Shown here: positions 63,608-64,000 of the stretch, in pieces
How positions within the stretch are numbered: the stretch's first letter is position 1
Layout: each line of letters starts with the position of its first letter
Source: an uncultured Chloroflexia bacterium
GTDB lineage: Bacteria > Chloroflexota > Limnocylindria > Limnocylindrales > CSP1-4
Assembly (NCBI GenBank): GCA_963788685.1
Contig: CAWBHP010000016.1
Location: 76,272-140,271 of the forward strand
DNA: 64,000 nucleotides
Reading direction: 5' to 3'
Program-made: the position numbers and the translations under genes
Notes under the pieces: model-generated
Databases searched by the model: none
What the model was told of the DNA's origin: nothing
The model's input: only the letters and a program-made list of their open reading frames with translations

Positions 63608-64000
63608 CAGGCCAACCCCCGGCGCACGCCGGCCGCGACGTCGAGGCCGACCAGGACCCCGAACAGGCAGTCCGTGCCCGACGTCGCGCCCCAGGCAACC
63701 GCCCGATCGATGGCCGCGGGGATCGCCTCGTCGTCGGACCCAAGGAGCGCCGCCAGCAGGGTGTGCAGTCGCTCGGCAAACTCGCCAGCACCTGCATGGC
63801 GCAGGAGGGTGGCAGCGAGCGCGGTCGTACGGCCTTCGACTTCGCCGACGGCCAGCGCCAGGAACCCGGCGGACGGCTGAGGAAGGGCGTGGAGTGCGGC
63901 CTCGATACCGACCAGGACATCGTCGCCGGATGGGGTCAGGCCCGGACCAAGCCCGATGAGGCCTGCAGCCATCTCGGCCGCGAGACTCCGGTCGCCTGTC
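63607..64000 (-). CDS. DUF2877 (YlbF/AllH-like) protein, C-terminal part; 5' end beyond the window
   Basis: ...AAEMAAGLIGLGPGLTPSGDDVLVGIEAALHAL...AVAWGATSGTDCLFGVLVGL. The stop shares one nt with the fdrA ATG (TGATG at 63605-63609). The frame is open to the window edge. The family call is from motif memory plus synteny. Confidence 0.5.
   Translation of the reverse strand, partial: TGDRSLAAEMAAGLIGLGPGLTPSGDDVLVGIEAALHALPQPSAGFLALAVGEVEGRTTALAATLLRHAGAGEFAERLHTLLAALLGSDDEAIPAAIDRAVAWGATSGTDCLFGVLVGLDVAAGVRRGLA

Overview
High-G+C bacterial chromosomal segment, judged by eye and not computed. It holds about 60 protein-coding genes, mostly on the minus strand and tightly packed, with many 1-4 nt start/stop overlaps (GTGA, ATGA, TGATG). 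I found no rRNA, tRNA, transposase, integrase, phage or CRISPR-cas genes.

Gene content from left to right:
- PotD/B/C-type ABC importer.
- Translationally coupled MttB-family methyltransferase, GcvT-like aminomethyltransferase and Rieske oxygenase triad.
- Beta-CASP MBL ribonuclease.
- Large secreted LamG/Ig-like protein.
- ctaA-ctaB (heme A and heme O synthases).
- Thioredoxin-fold lipoprotein.
- Operon ending in pyrK-pyrD-pyrE (class 1B DHODH).
- PLP decarboxylase, FAD oxidase and alpha/beta hydrolase island.
- Two ECF sigma/anti-sigma pairs.
- pyrR-pyrB-pyrC.
- fgd (F420-dependent glucose-6-phosphate dehydrogenase).
- RlpA-like protein, GalT-like protein and lipB.
- Operon with two paralogous RND pumps, a minimal adaptor lipoprotein and an extra lipoprotein, divergent from a HisKA_3/LuxR two-component system.
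- MFS transporter.
- WYL regulator divergent from a DrrAB-like ABC exporter.
- Two GGDEF-type proteins, a ParA-like ATPase and an SDR.
- At the right edge, a DUF2877-FdrA-DUF1116-carbamate kinase-cysteine hydrolase-permease-GGCT-like operon.

The lineage looks like Actinomycetota or Chloroflexota (fgd, PyrR, WYL, class 1B DHODH), but it cannot be assigned from this window.

Main technical caveat: roughly 40 conserved genes are broken by single-base indels. The five sites I resolved all sit in G/C homopolymers, so most apparent pseudogenes and giant fusion ORFs are probably assembly artefacts. Coordinates of frameshifted genes are therefore approximate.

Most interesting candidates:
- The FdrA/DUF1116/DUF2877 + carbamate kinase operon wired to an amidohydrolase and a permease.
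- The dual-RND operon with its minimal adaptor.
- A four-copy hairpin array inside the pyrK-pyrD spacer.
- The corrinoid-protein-less MttB-GcvT-Rieske triad.
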